Part shown: in pieces, positions 1-13,062 of the stretch
Position numbering within the stretch: position 1 is the first letter of the stretch
Layout: each line of letters begins with the position of its first letter
Source: Nageia nagi
Lineage: Eukaryota; Plantae; Pinophyta
Assembly: GCA_050084985.1 (NCBI GenBank)
Contig: JBITNC010000001.1
Span: forward strand, 157,170,001-157,234,000
Reading direction: 5' to 3'
Length of the DNA stretch: 64,000 nucleotides
Translations under genes and position numbers: made by a program
Notes under the pieces: generated by a model
What the model was told of the DNA's origin: nothing
What the model saw: the letters and a program-made list of their open reading frames with translations, nothing else
The model's database searches: none

Positions 1-2549
1 TGGTCAATCAAAAAGGCAAGAAGCCCTTCCAGCAGAAAGGCAAAGGCAAAAAATTCTCTTAGTCCAATGACAAGAAGAAGAAGAGTTGTTTGATTTGTGG
101 CATGAAAGAGCATGAATTGCCGGATTGTTGGTACAATTCTTTTGCTCAAAGCTCTTCAAGCAATAAGAATCAAACTCAGAAACGGTCAAATCCTAGGAAT
201 CATGGGGAGTGGAAAGAAAGAAGACCACCTCCACAAAGACACCAACAACGAAATGTTGCTAATAATGCTAAAGAAGCGATTGAAGAATTTGACAATCTAG
301 CTCTTGTTCATCAAGAGAAATCCTCAATTTCATCCACTTCATATGTTGATTCTAGTGCTTCCAAGCACATGATTGGCTGAAAGGATTGGTTTGTTTCTTT
401 GGATAAAAAATCATATCCTAGTCAAGTACATTTGGGTGATGACACACCCCATGACATTGAAGGCAAGGGCGATGTTCAAGTTTGTTATGGAAAGAACTAA
501 TATCAAATCAAGGAGGTCTTACATGTGTCAAGGCTCATAAAGAACCTCTTGTCTGTTAGTCAGACATTGGACAATAATCTAAAGGTGGAGTTTGATATTG
601 TGCATGGAGAGAAGGTCTGCTTCATCTGAGACAAATCAAGAGATTGTCGAATTGTAGCCAAAGCACAAGGAGTTGGGAAGATGTTTCTGCTTGATGTTGT
701 AGCTTCCAACAATCAAGCTCTCAATGTTCGCGGTGCAGATGTCACCACTCTTTGGCACCGATGATTTGAACATATGAATCCAAATTACCTAATCACTCTG
801 CAAAAGAGGAACGTGGTCTCCCATCTCTTGCTTCTCCTACTAATGTTTGATCTACTTGCATCGTAGGGAAACAACACATACTTGCATTTGAGGCTAGCAA
901 ACATCATGCTACAAGACCGCTTGATGTGATTCACACCAATTTGTGTGGACCCATGAATGCTAGTCACGTTGGATCCAAATACTTCCTCCTGTTTGTTGAT
1001 GGTTACTACAAAAAAATGTGGATGTACATGTTGAAAATGAAGGATGAAACCTTTCAATATTTCAAAGAGTTCAAAGCTCATGTGGAGAATCCATTGGTTG
1101 TCATATCCATGATCTCCACTCAGATCGAGGGGGACAATACCTATCAAATGAGTTTTTTGCATTCCTAAAGTAGCATGGAATTCGGCAACAGTTGACCACA
1201 CCCTACACACCACAACAAAATAGAGCATTCATCCAATATCAACGCATGCATGCAATGATCATCGACAACACAATAAATGAGACAGAAACCCACTAATGTA
1301 TTTATTCAATAGAGAAAATTACATCAACCAAATGGCAATCGTGGCCTCTTCAAGACGGCTGGATATACACAATCACTCACAAATGCAACTTGAAACAATG
1401 GGACAGATTCACTACCACATCCCTCGACTCCTCCCCACCGAAAGGGCTCTCCTCGAACATTGGAAATCCAACTGAATGGTAGGAATGGAACCCTCGAATA
1501 CCATCGGATAGGTTAGATGCTCCACCTAACCGTAGATGAAAGGGATCCCTCAGCCCAGTCACCCTCTAGACGCTTCGTCTAGGAAGAATACTCAACACTG
1601 CCAAGTCCAGATAAGTCATGTAGACACAGAGTAGTAATAATAATTCCATGTCGTCCAAATGAGCTCCCATCAAGTATTTATAAGCTCTTGTGAAGTAGTC
1701 CACCTCAAAGTCATCATAAGCCCATCTATTCCAACGTTGGGCATCTGGAGGGGCCCAGTAACTTAACGCACCGCTAAAGTGCCCATATATGCCAAAATGG
1801 GGTCCCAATCATCCTCAAATGCCAACATGGGGCTCCTAGAAGCCCAATAAGCCAATGTTGAGGTGTGGGGCCCTCCCAAAGATGGCGCAAGCATGACGAT
1901 AGCTATTCCTCACCTTGGAACACTAAAACTCGTTGGGATTCCCACAACTCGAGATCTCCAACTCACATAACTCTGACACGACTACTTAGGAGAGATATGT
2001 CCTGCCAGGGGCTCACAAATGGGGTCCACATGACCAAATATGTCTCTTATCCTAAGTTACAAGTATAAACATGACTAAGTAAAAGGGATATATTTAAGAT
2101 ATCTTCTTTGACAAATACAAATAGTTACTATAGTACAAAAAGGGGTATCACAAAGCCTCCCTCCTAGGATTGCTTGTCCCCAAACAATAATGGATGACTG
2201 CAGCATATTGTCTTCCATGAATCCATTGATGATGATATCCCGTCATCACCAAACTAAGGCTCATCATTTAGTAAGTAGGCAACACTGGAACTCTGCAATG
2301 ATGATGGTGTATCAGTAACCACTGAAACAAGAGTGAGAAGAAACCAATGAAGCTCATGCTCCCTGTGTGTACCAAATCTCCAATCCACACCAATTCAGCT
2401 CCCCTAGCTGAAACCAACATGCATCGAAGCTCCCTCACTCCCAACGTCATGCCCCAAACTGCTCCCTGGGTCATTAGCACCCAAACTCCTCCTAGGTGCA
2501 TGGAAAAGTGGATGAGCCTTCCCAAGCTCTTGTCCTCATGCCAATCATC

Positions 2550-3045
2550 CATCCAACTCAACGTGGGGCATGCAAGTGTACCCCTGCTCCGTATGGTGAG
2601 TCCTTTATCCTCCAGGACCAACATGGGATGCCCCCCATCCAGATAGCTCCTTACAACCAACCAAGCCTCCCTGCACCTCAACGTGGCATGGCTAGCTTCC
2701 CAGTAGCCCAACGTGGTATGTTTGGCCTCCCCATAGCCCAATGTGGGATATTCATCATCATGAGACCTCCCAATAACAATTCTGGCCTCCTTGATCCTAA
2801 ACGTGGGGCTCCAATCCTCCTGGATACCCAACGTGGCAAGCCAATCCATCCAGATACTCCATGTGGTATGACAAGCCTCCTGAATGCTCAACGTGGGATG
2901 TTGATCACCTTGGCAGCTCAACGTAGCAAGGAATTCCTCCCAGATGCTCAATGTGGGGTGGCTACTCATGAAACTCAACGTAGGTGGGCAACCTCCAATG
3001 TGCCCAATGTGGGGTGACAACTTTCCCAGATGCCCAACATGCATC
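2550..3045. repeat. Degenerate 30-bp tandem array with CAACGTGG core
   Basis: Core recurs at ~2679, 2709, 2739, 2799, 2829, 2859, 2889, 2919 and 2949. Minus-strand translation has a 10-aa period (HPTLSIWEEF/HPTLSIQEAC/HTTLGYWEAS). Confidence 0.85.
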
Positions 3046-4699
3046 CAACAAACTCGTCCTCAAAAGTGTGCACAACAATCCTCATTGCTCCCAAAGCATC
3101 ATACAAACACATGATAACAACCTCATCAATCCTTAAACCATCATCAAGGCATAGAACAACAATGCATCCATTAGTAGTATCCAAAACATTATCAATCGTA
3201 GTCCACAATCCCTGAAATACAACCCTTTTCTTCAACATCAAATTTGACATCATGCTGCCCTCAAGAAATGGCATGAATACAGCACCAAAATCTGTAGGAT
3301 ATGCAACCCGTGAAGTCTCCAATGATGTGTTAACAACAGCCCCTACTTCAGCCTCTGAAATAGTAACAACAAACCCTATGTATTGTTCATCAGTCTCAAT
3401 CTTCGTGAGAATGGCAGTCCAAAATGCAACCATCATGATGTCAAACGCAGTCCCCAAACAAGTGGCAAATTTGGCCTCACATTCAGCTCAATCAAACACA
3501 GTCATCAATGCATGCAACAATACACCCTTTAACAGTAACCAATCTGTTATTGACTTCTATCCCTGCTGTCCTTAAGATTGCTGTCAAAACAGCCAAGAAC
3601 GCTGCCCAAGATGCTAACAACCATGGTGACAACTCAACCCCAATTGTCTTCCATCTTCCCCTATCAAATGTTGTCCTTGACATGTACCATTTCAACTCAA
3701 GGAAAGTTGTAATCAGGTCTGAATTTGTCTCTTCCAAATCAACCCATGACAAGCACAAAGGTGAGGATGAATCCTCCTAGTAATACATGAGTTACCCTCA
3801 TACATTGTTACCTTTTGGGACAGCAAGGCAGCTTCGGAAACGACATGATTCCTTACCCCAAACAATGATGGATATTCAGGAACATAATGACAACAGGAAT
3901 CAACAAATGTAACCCTCTTATTCTTGATACGTTGGCTGTGAGTGAATGTGTTATAAGAAAGCATGATGCTCCTCTCATGCTCTAATCTTTCAAGTGAGGC
4001 TATGGACTCTTGCACACATACAAACAACCAAAGTGAGCTAAAACAAGTGAGGCCATTGCCCCATGTCATGAACCAAGGATCCAAATAGCTCCAAGGACCT
4101 TCAAATCCTCTATCATAGGCTGAAACTATTTTGCCTTCCTTCTCTAAGGCTGATTGCGAAGCCTTCCTGCTATCTCCTTCATTCCCCAAGAACACCCCCA
4201 ACCTTCTAAATTGCCCATTGTGTGCTAACACACCCAAATCCCATGGAGCTAAAAGTCTATTGCCATTCACACGAAAAATTGGTTTCTCCCACTCATCACA
4301 ACTTGAAACCAGAGCCATGAGACTAGTATTTGCATATTCACAAGCAACATTCATATCTACATCAAGCCTCTTGTGCCTTGCTATATTCTCAACAAATAGA
4401 GATGATTGTATTATGAAGGAAATATCTTGTAGCTCTACTTGACATACCTCATGTGGGGATACAATGACTTTTGATTTTCCAATATCTGAAATATCATTCC
4501 CTTCTTTGCAATCTTTATATTCTTCCATGTTGGGTTCATGCTCTTCATCTTTCTCATTATTATCTCCCAAAACCAAATCTGAAACTACATGGTTCTTTCC
4601 TCTTTCTTCCCAATATTGATACTTACAACAACACCTTGTAAGATTTCTGAATTACTGTTATGAAAATCAGAAACACTATCATACCTTTTTGGGGTCTCC

Positions 4700-4890
4700 T
4701 GATCACCTCTGGCCAGATGTGGGTGCTCATCCTCATTCCTGGTTGGATGTGGGGTGTCTAGGCTATCCCTGGCCAAACATGGGGCCTCCTCCTCATCCCT
4801 GGCCCAACGTGGCTGCTCTCTAGCCTCCCTAGCCAAACATGGGTGCTCCCTCTCATCTCTGGTTCGTCACGAGTGCTCTCCTTCATCTGG
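4700..4890. repeat. Second degenerate 30-bp tandem array in the same element
   Basis: Units start at 4711, 4741, 4771, 4801, 4831 and 4861 (GGCCAAACATGGG...CATCCCT). Minus-strand 10-aa period ARDEEEAPCL/ARDSLDTPHP/TRNEDEHPHL. Confidence 0.85.
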
Positions 4891-7800
4891 AACATGATGG
4901 GTTGCCAGTCGATCACCTCTAGCATGTCTTAGTGGCAAATGGTGAGATTCTGGCTCCTCAGAATCTCTCCAATGTCTGGACATCTTCCGGTGCATAGAAG
5001 ATATGACTCTGGTTATATTGTTAATGGCCGAAATGAGCTCGTCAAACTTTCATTCGGAAGTGAATTCCCAAACCGAAGTAGAGCTCCTCCTCCTGGCATT
5101 CTTCTGCCTGTATCTATGCATCTCTCCTTCACCGCCAAAAACCCTAGCTTCTGACTGCATGTTAATCCACGGTCATCTCTAATCCTCTTGAACGGCTACC
5201 TCCCAGATTTGTTGCTCCTCCAAGTGGACACCATAGTTTGCAAATCCTAGCTCAAACCCTGATATTAAATTTTTCTAATTAGCTAGGATGATAGATCAAG
5301 TCCTATACCTGGAAACAACCTTCAAATCTGCATATATGTCCTCCAAAACCTAGACCACCTAGTCTAAGAATTCAAATTTTCCAAAAAAATTGTCGTTTGA
5401 CCCCGAAACTGGCCTTTTAAATGCAGGACCTCCCGATCTACTGGTTCAAATTGCTACTAGTTAGATCTTAATCTCACAGGCTGGCCAAATCCAGGCTCTG
5501 ATACCATTTGTAGTGTTCCAAATGAACACTTGCGATAAACACACCTTCCCTCAATCCAATTACCAATCCTCACACAATAACAATACAAATAGAGCATTCA
5601 TCCAATATCAATGCATGCATGCAATGATCATCCACAACACAATAAATGAGACAGAAACCCACAATGATGTATTTATTCAATAGAAGCAATTACATCAGCC
5701 AAATGGCAATCATGGCCTCTTCAAGACGCTTAGATATACACAATCACTCACAAATGCAACTCGGAACAATGGGACAAATTCACTCCCTCATACCTCGACT
5801 CCTCTCCACCAAAGGGGCTCTCCTTGAACACTGGAAATCCAACTGAATGGTAGGAATGAAACCCTCGGATACCACCAGATGGGTTAGATGCTCCACCTAA
5901 CCGTAGATGAAAGGGATCCCTCAACCCAATCACCCTCTAGACGCTTCGTCTTGGAAGAATACTCAACACCACCAAGTCCAGATAAGTCCTGTAGACATAG
6001 AGAAGTAGTAATAATAATTCCATGTCGTCCAAATGAGCTCCCATCAAGTATTTATAAGCCCCCGTGAAGTAGTCCACCTCGAAGTCATCATAAGCCCATC
6101 TATTCCAACGTTGGGCATCTAGAGGGGCCCAATAACTTAACGCACCGCTAAAGTGCCCATAAATGCCAACGCAATGATATAAGGCCCAGTAATGCCAATG
6201 TGGTGTCCCAGTCATACTCAAATGCCAACGTGGGGTTCCTGGAAGCCCAATAAGCCAATGGTGAGGTGTGGGGCCCTCCCAAAGATGGCGCAAGCATGAC
6301 GATAGCTATTGCTCAACTTGGAACACTAAAACTCGTTGGGATTCCCACAACTTGAGATCTCCAACTCACATAACTCTGACAAAACTACTTAGGAGAGAGA
6401 CGTCCCGCCAAGGGCTCACAAATGGGGTCTGCATGACCCAATATGTCTCTTATCCTAAGTTGCAAGTACAAACATGACTAAGTAAAAGGGATATCTTTAA
6501 GATATTTGCTTTGACAAATACAAATAGTTACTATAGTACAAAAAGGGGTATCACACACATGGAAGTTAGTAGAACTTCCAACTAGGAAGAAGGTCATTGG
6601 TTGCAAATGGGTGTTCAAAACAAAGTACAAAGTTGATGGGACACTCAATAAGAACAAGGCCCGACTTGTTGCCAAAGGATATGCACAAGAGGAAGGTATC
6701 AACTATGAGGAGACATTTCCTTCCACATCCAAGATGAAGTCCATCATAATTGATTTTGCAATGGTTGCACAATTTGGTTGGAAAGTCCATCAGTTGGATG
6801 TGAAGAGCGCCTTCCTCAATGGAGACTTAGAGGAAGAAGTCTACATGCAGCAACTTGAAGAGTTTGTGATTGATCTAGGTAAAGGAAAAGTGTGTAGATT
6901 GATCAAGTCTTTGTATGGCTTGAAACATGCTCCAAGAGCGTGCTATACCAAAATTAATGAGCACTTATTACAACATAGCTTCAATAGGAGTCATATGATC
7001 CTAACCTCTACCTTTGACAACATGTGGGGGAGATTGTCATTGTTGTAGTATATATCGATGATCTAGTTATCACAGGCAACACTAAGGTGTTGATCACATC
7101 TTGCAAAGATGACCTCAAAAGATCATTTGACATGATTGACCTTGTTTTACTTCACTATTGCCTTGGATTGGAAGTGGTAGATGCAAGACCGGATATTTGT
7201 TTCACAGATGAAGTACACCAAGAGTTTGTTGGAGAAATTTAGGATGATAGATTGCCAATCGATGTCCATGCCAATTGGAACTGGTTTACATTTATCACGC
7301 CATGATTGTTCTCCGTCAATAATGGAACTCTCTACCATCAACTGATAGGAGGGTTAATTTACCTTGCATACACCAAGCTGGATATTTGCTATGTCCTTAG
7401 CTATTTTCACAATTTATGCATGAACTAAAGAAGGCCCACAAGACTGTGGCAAAGCATGTTTGAGATACATTCATGGCACTGACAGTTATGACATAGAGTA
7501 CAATTAAAACTATAAGTTCATCTTGACTAAATACATAGATACAGATTATGGAGGATCCTTAGATGATAGAAGATTGACGACATGATGTGTTCTTTCTTGG
7601 ACTTGGACTGATTTTATGGGGTAGTAAGAAGCAGAGCATCACATCAAAATCCACCACAAAGTCGACATATCATGTTGCAATTGATATTGTTTGTGAAGCA
7701 ATATGGTTACGTCACATTTGACAAACATTGGAATTCCACATAACAACCTACAGTTTTGCATTGTGACAATCAAAGTGTATTGAAGATGGTTTGCAATCAT

Positions 7801-8573
7801 GGTTTCTACAAATGCACCAAACACATTGAGATACAGCTGCATTTCATCTGTGACCATGTTTCATTGCACTACATTCAGCTCCGTTACATTTCCATAAAAG
7901 AGCAAACTGCAAATGTCTTCACCAAATCTCTTGACAGTGAAAAATTTGATTACTTTCGTAGCTTCCTAATGTATTATGGGGGAGAATGTTAAAATAATAC
8001 ATTAGATAGATAACCAGTATTTTAGGTATCTAGATAAATTAAATAAATATAATGTTAAATTATTAACATTACTAATGTGTTATTTAATAATTAGGGTTTT
8101 TAGGGTGAAACCGTTACTCTATAGGAATGTAACTTCCGAATACACTTGTACTTTAAACTCATCTCTTCTCAATAATGAATTCATTAGGGTTGTTCTCTCA
8201 AATCTGATAATTGGCAGTGATTGTTAAATTTTTCCATTGAATTAATAGCAAGTAATGATGCTTCTACTTCCAACCTCGGAGCAATGCAAAATAACAACCA
8301 TATTGGATCAACATTGACAACTAACAAGCATGATGATGACCTTCAATAATGTCAATGGCTTACTAAATCAGAAACCATGGTTCTTAATTCCTTTTATTAT
8401 GTTCTGCTTTTCTTTTTGAATTAATTTATATTTGATTGGCTGGCTTATATGGCATGTGCTCCATCGGCATCAGACATTCTGTTGATGTTGGTGGATTTTT
8501 TACTGCAATTATTAATACTGCAACATCAATAATTTGGCTTATGATTATTAAAAAACAATAATTTTTCTTATGA

Positions 8574-8828
8574 GCCCTGAGTGAGAGCTTAGTTGGCAAA
8601 CGATCCTGGGTGATGCCCAAGAGGTCTCTTTTCAAACTCCACTGGGGTCATTGGATGTTGATGCAGAGTTGTCGTGGACCCCACTAGATTTCGCTGGAGG
8701 CGGCAATATTCTCATGTACCGTTGGAGGTGGTTCTCATGTACCAACGGAGGTGGTCTAAACTGCAAAAGGTCTCATGTTGGCTGGCTAACCTTGCTGTGA
8801 CTAGGTGATATTTACCAATAAAAAAAAA
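8574..8828 (+). mobile_element. tRNA-derived SINE
   Basis: A-box-like GAGCTTAGTTGG (8585-8596), B-box-like TTCAAACTCC (~8631-8640), A-tail, and a ~23-bp TSD AAAAACAATAATTTTT(CT/AC)TATGA at 8551-8573 and 8824-8846. Confidence 0.8.
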
Positions 8829-8929
8829 CAATAATTTTTACTATGATTATTTAAAAAACTATCATATAATAAAATTATATTTTGTTAAATGGCATGTAAG
8901 AACACCAAACAGTATGTTAATTTACATAC

Positions 8930-9042
8930 CTTCCAATATTAGGCGCCCATGAAATGGCATGTACTTGCTCTCCTTCTTCACCTGGTGCTGTAAACTCTGC
9001 AATTGGATGCCAACGCTGATGGACCTCCAGAAACTGCCAGAC
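8930..9042 (-). CDS. SEH1: SEH1 exon 6 (113 nt); remaining exons lie left of the window
   Basis: Acceptor CTTACAG. VWQFLEVHQRWHPIAEFTAPGEEGEQVHAISWAPNIG(R) carries the WAPNIGR motif. Donor AAG|GTATGT, phase 2. Confidence 0.95.
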
Positions 9043-9549
9043 CTGTAAGTGTTTAACAAATTATTTTTGGGTTTAAAGCAAAGGCCACATTTTTTTGAAT
9101 CCACTTTCCAAAACTGCAGCTATGATTTATATGTTTCTTTCATGACAGTATTACACTAAAGTCTATACTAACATACCTTGTTCACCATCTTGAATCATTC
9201 TAGACTTAAGCACAATAATATACAAGAAGTGGTAGTGGTAACAATAACTTCTAATCCAATGAAATCAAATATATAGATTCTATATCAAACATTCATTGTA
9301 CTTTTAGCAATTATATAAGGTGTCTAAAACAAATATTTTAGTTTGTAAAATACTAGACATTCATTCTCTTCATACACAAATAAAAACTATTCTAGCTTTG
9401 AACTATATGTTGATATATCATCCTAGCAACAAAAAATGGCTTGTCTGGAGTCTGGACAATGTACTAACATTATAGTTAAAACTTAAAACAGATACCTCTT
9501 CAACTGCTCAATACAATCCTTTAAATCCCTTTGTCTGTAGATCTCTAAG

Positions 9550-12340
9550 AAAATGTGAGATTTTTGCAAACCACATCAGAGTTTTAAACAGGATAGAAGC
9601 ATGAAATTAATAGGAATACAAGATTGAATCGAACAACAATTGCAGAAATGAATCATACCTTCAAATATATGTTTTATTACTAACTCACTTTCATACATAC
9701 AAGGGGGCTTTATTATATACAAGTAGGAATCACAAAATGATGGCTTTTATCTCCTAAAAGTCTAAGGATTCAACTCTAAGCTTTTCATATTCTTCAATTT
9801 TGCACATTATTTTTCCACGTTTACATATGGATCTGTCAATGGTTGTTCCAATCTGAGAATTCTATCTTGAAGAGTAGCACTCTCATTCCCAGAACCAACA
9901 ATTTTGTCTTCCAAATTGTTCCACCATTCTTGTCATCAGCATCATATTTCCAACATTCTCTCCCTTGATACTGAGTGCGATATGCGCAACTTGTCTTTGA
10001 AATACATGAACTAATTCTTTGTAAACACTTGGATGGAAAAGTCAACGCATTGATTCCTCATCTGCAATACAACATAATCTCATGGCTTTGAACCATGTCT
10101 TGAATATAAATTAATAATGATACCTCAGCTCTATGGATTGTAATGTTGAATGAAAAAATGGCTTTTTGGCCATTTGAATTACACTTGTTTTAACAAGGTA
10201 TTGTTACCTCTCATTTTGCTCTCAATTCCTCAAGCATTCCTCTCAACAAAACTGCTTGTGTGCATGCTGATGTGACTAAAATATACTCCAGCTGATGACA
10301 ATGCTATTGAATTTTGCTTCTTGGAAACATTACCCAATGAAATATGTTAGGAATTAGATTTTCTATAATCAATGGAGCCACCCCAATCTAAATCACTATA
10401 TCCAAGAAACGCAACCTTATCAGCTACGACATAATGGATGCAAAAAAGTTATGACATACCCCATGTTTCTCTTGGCTGTTCTCATGCAATTTTGTGAAGC
10501 TTCACTTATGAATCTTGAAAGTTGAAACATAAAAAACATGAAAGTTGAAACATAAGAAACAGCAAATGCAATTTATAAGGTATTGGGTCTCCCAAGAACA
10601 TCAGACTGTCAACTATGCTTCTAAATCCATTTGCATCAATCTTCAAGCTCCAATTAATTTTGTAGAAATTTTCATTATGTGCAAGTGGAGTTGGAACTTT
10701 TTTAACATTTTTGTATATTGAAACTCATAAACACATCATGTGCATGCTTTGATTGGCAAATGAAAATACAATCATTGGACAAAGAGAACTCTGTAAGTCT
10801 AAAGTTCTTCAGGTGTGACCCAATGAATTGTCTTGGCAAGTAAGCGGTTCAACATTTAGGCCATTGTGTTTAATGCTTCCATCCAAGAACATTGTTCAAG
10901 ATTCAGAGTCTTCAACATGCATCTTGCCATCTCAACACTGGAATGGTTTCTCCTTTCAACAATTCTATTTTGTTAATTGCTTCCATACTACTTGAATAGT
11001 TTTGTGAACTCATGAACTCTGATGAAGGGGCATACTCCAAAATGAACATGCTGCTCTTCTCTCAAGCTCAAATAATCAGCTCTTACTTCTGAATTCTATG
11101 TCTAATAAAACAAAATTTCTACCCTTTCTGCAAAGCAAAATCTCAGCCCTTATGAAGTTGTTTAGGGTTTGATGAACTTGTAACAATTTTTTTATGAACA
11201 ACATGTACAACAAATTTTCAAAGCTACAAATGGGGTTCTTCATTTCATGAGAACAATATGGCCCCCTCTAATGCCATAGGCTGAATCATCCCTTAGCAAA
11301 AATTGACCTTCCTTCTAGATCTTATCCAACTGCGAGAACCACTCATCTTTTACAATCTTGTGATTTGTCCTTCATGTGTCAATATACCATGTCCTAAACT
11401 TTACAAGTATTTTCTCTAAAGTGGGTAAGAACATACTTTTGCATCTCTATTCTTTACCAACATAGCATTGTTACTTCTTGAATCATCTATGAATCATCTA
11501 TGATGTGATTTCTTTTATGATTGATTCCAACTAAGCCCCAACTCTTGAGCCTTCCTTTTGAACTAGCAATTGTTAGTTTCGTAATCTATCATCATATACT
11601 CATCAACCTTTATCTTTCTATATACTCTAACAAGATGAAGCCAATCACTTTTTCAAAATCCAATGACTAGTTAGAGGATAAAAATACTATGCATGATGGC
11701 ATCACCAAATCAACCATGAGAATTTTTTGACCTGATTCCAACAATTAGGATTTTAACTTCTTCTCAGGAAGTCTTCCAGTGTTTTTCCTTCATGTATTTT
11801 GAGGATATAGCATTGATTTATAGCTTGGATGACTTTGCACAATTGTTAACTTCAAAAACGATAACAATTTCTCCATGCAACTGATCCATTGGCAATATCC
11901 CAAGTGTACAAATTGAATTGGGAATGGGCAAAATTATCATGATCAACGTTTTATCATTCTTCTTGCCAAACTCCACCTAAGCTTTGATTTTCTGCCATTA
12001 GATTTGCCAGCTTCATAGCAGCTGCAAGCATCACTTCTTTGCCATTGATGATGCCCTGCAATTCCTCAAATAAAGAATTGTGCACATTTTGGTCTTCCAA
12101 ACAGTATATTTTTTACTTTCAATAGTTGCAGAATCGTCAAAAACACTTTGAGAATGATTGCCATTTCCAATTATCAGAAAACATAATGGACTAGTGAACT
12201 GATTCTTGTATTTTTCAATCATTCCAATGACCATCCAAGTAAAACTCTCAGACACATAATGACTCTGTAATTGGTAAAAGCAGTTTGCAGTTGCACTATA
12301 GGGTAGACCATTCAGAATCAAAAATTGATTTTAGAAAACA
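9550..12340 (-). mobile_element. Highly degraded Copia remnant
   Basis: Minus-strand RNase H remnants (SKKQNSIALSS...TSACTQAV, ~10240-10330) and the end motif LSIKGENVGN with PPT 9956-9967 and LTR start at 9955, like the Copia end at 49981-50010. Outer boundaries approximate. Confidence 0.7.
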
Positions 12341-12906
12341 AAAAACTGTTCTTTATAATGAATCAAAGAAAAATGCTGTTGTTTCACCAGCAAAATTGTC
12401 AATTTAGCACTTTTGCGGATGCTATTGTTTCAGATGATGGTTTTACTTAGAGTTACACATTTAAACATTAAGCTGAATGCACCAATGCATGTGGGACAAA
12501 GACTTACAGGAAACTTAAAAACAAAGTACAGCAGTCAGTATTCAAAGAAAAAGAACTAATGAACTGCAAACAAATATTTTTATCTACATTGATGTTTGTG
12601 TGTGCCTCAAGATAAAAGACTCCTGAGGAGAGCCTACAACTACATCTGTTGCACATAGATGCTACAATATTTTGCATATATATTGTGGTTAACTACAGAC
12701 TAAACAGAGATGATTTTTACTTTTACATAAAGCAATGCCAAACTAAGAATTGCATTACTTCATACAGCTCCAAACATGAGTGTGTCTCTATGCATACAAA
12801 ATTGCAAAAAAACCAGTAGCAAGATAAAAAGCATAAGAGCGAATTATAGAATAATGTAATTGCTTAAAAGAAAATGAATGCATGTTAAATCACCACATCC
12901 ACTCAC

Positions 12907-13062
12907 CTTTGCAACATTAAAATGTGGTAGATTGGAGTTGAATCCTAGAATAAATGTTGGTTGTTGAATGGCATTTGTATAGGGCTTCCATGCAATGGAT
13001 GCTGTCAAGCATGAACATTTACCAAATCTCTCAACTGTATTACTTACATTTTGAAATTCAGC
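12907..13062 (-). CDS. SEH1: SEH1 exon 5 (156 nt)
   Basis: Acceptor TGGCAG. AEFQNVSNTVERFGKCSCLTASIAWKPYTNAIQQPTFILGFNSNLPHFNVAK. Donor AAG|GTGAGT. Confidence 0.95.

Larger units (their letters stand above)
1218..6555 (-). mobile_element. Non-autonomous Gypsy/chromovirus-related LTR element with no recognisable gag/pol
   Basis: 5' LTR 5509-6555 (TG..CA). tRNA-Met PBS (GGCTCTGATACCA on +, 5494-5506). PPT 2153-2165. 3' LTR 1218-2152, clipped on the left. PPT region resembles that of the chromovirus at 17246. Confidence 0.88.
1..8250 (+). mobile_element. Degenerate Ty1/Copia retrotransposon, 5' end outside the window, interrupted by a Gypsy-type element
   Basis: Protease (YVDSSASKHM, ~340-375), integrase (HTNLCGPM...TPYTPQQN, ~926-1221), RT (TWKLVELP...[13 protein letters not shown]...YIDDL, 6557-7250), RNase H (HCDNQS...TKHIEI, 7756-7992), PPT ~7977-7986, 3' LTR from TGTT at 7987 (right end approximate). 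Confidence 0.9.

Noticed and set aside
1218-6555. Retrozyme (hammerhead-bearing non-autonomous LTR element)
   Set aside because: No hammerhead core was found in the LTRs, and the element is much larger than typical retrozymes.
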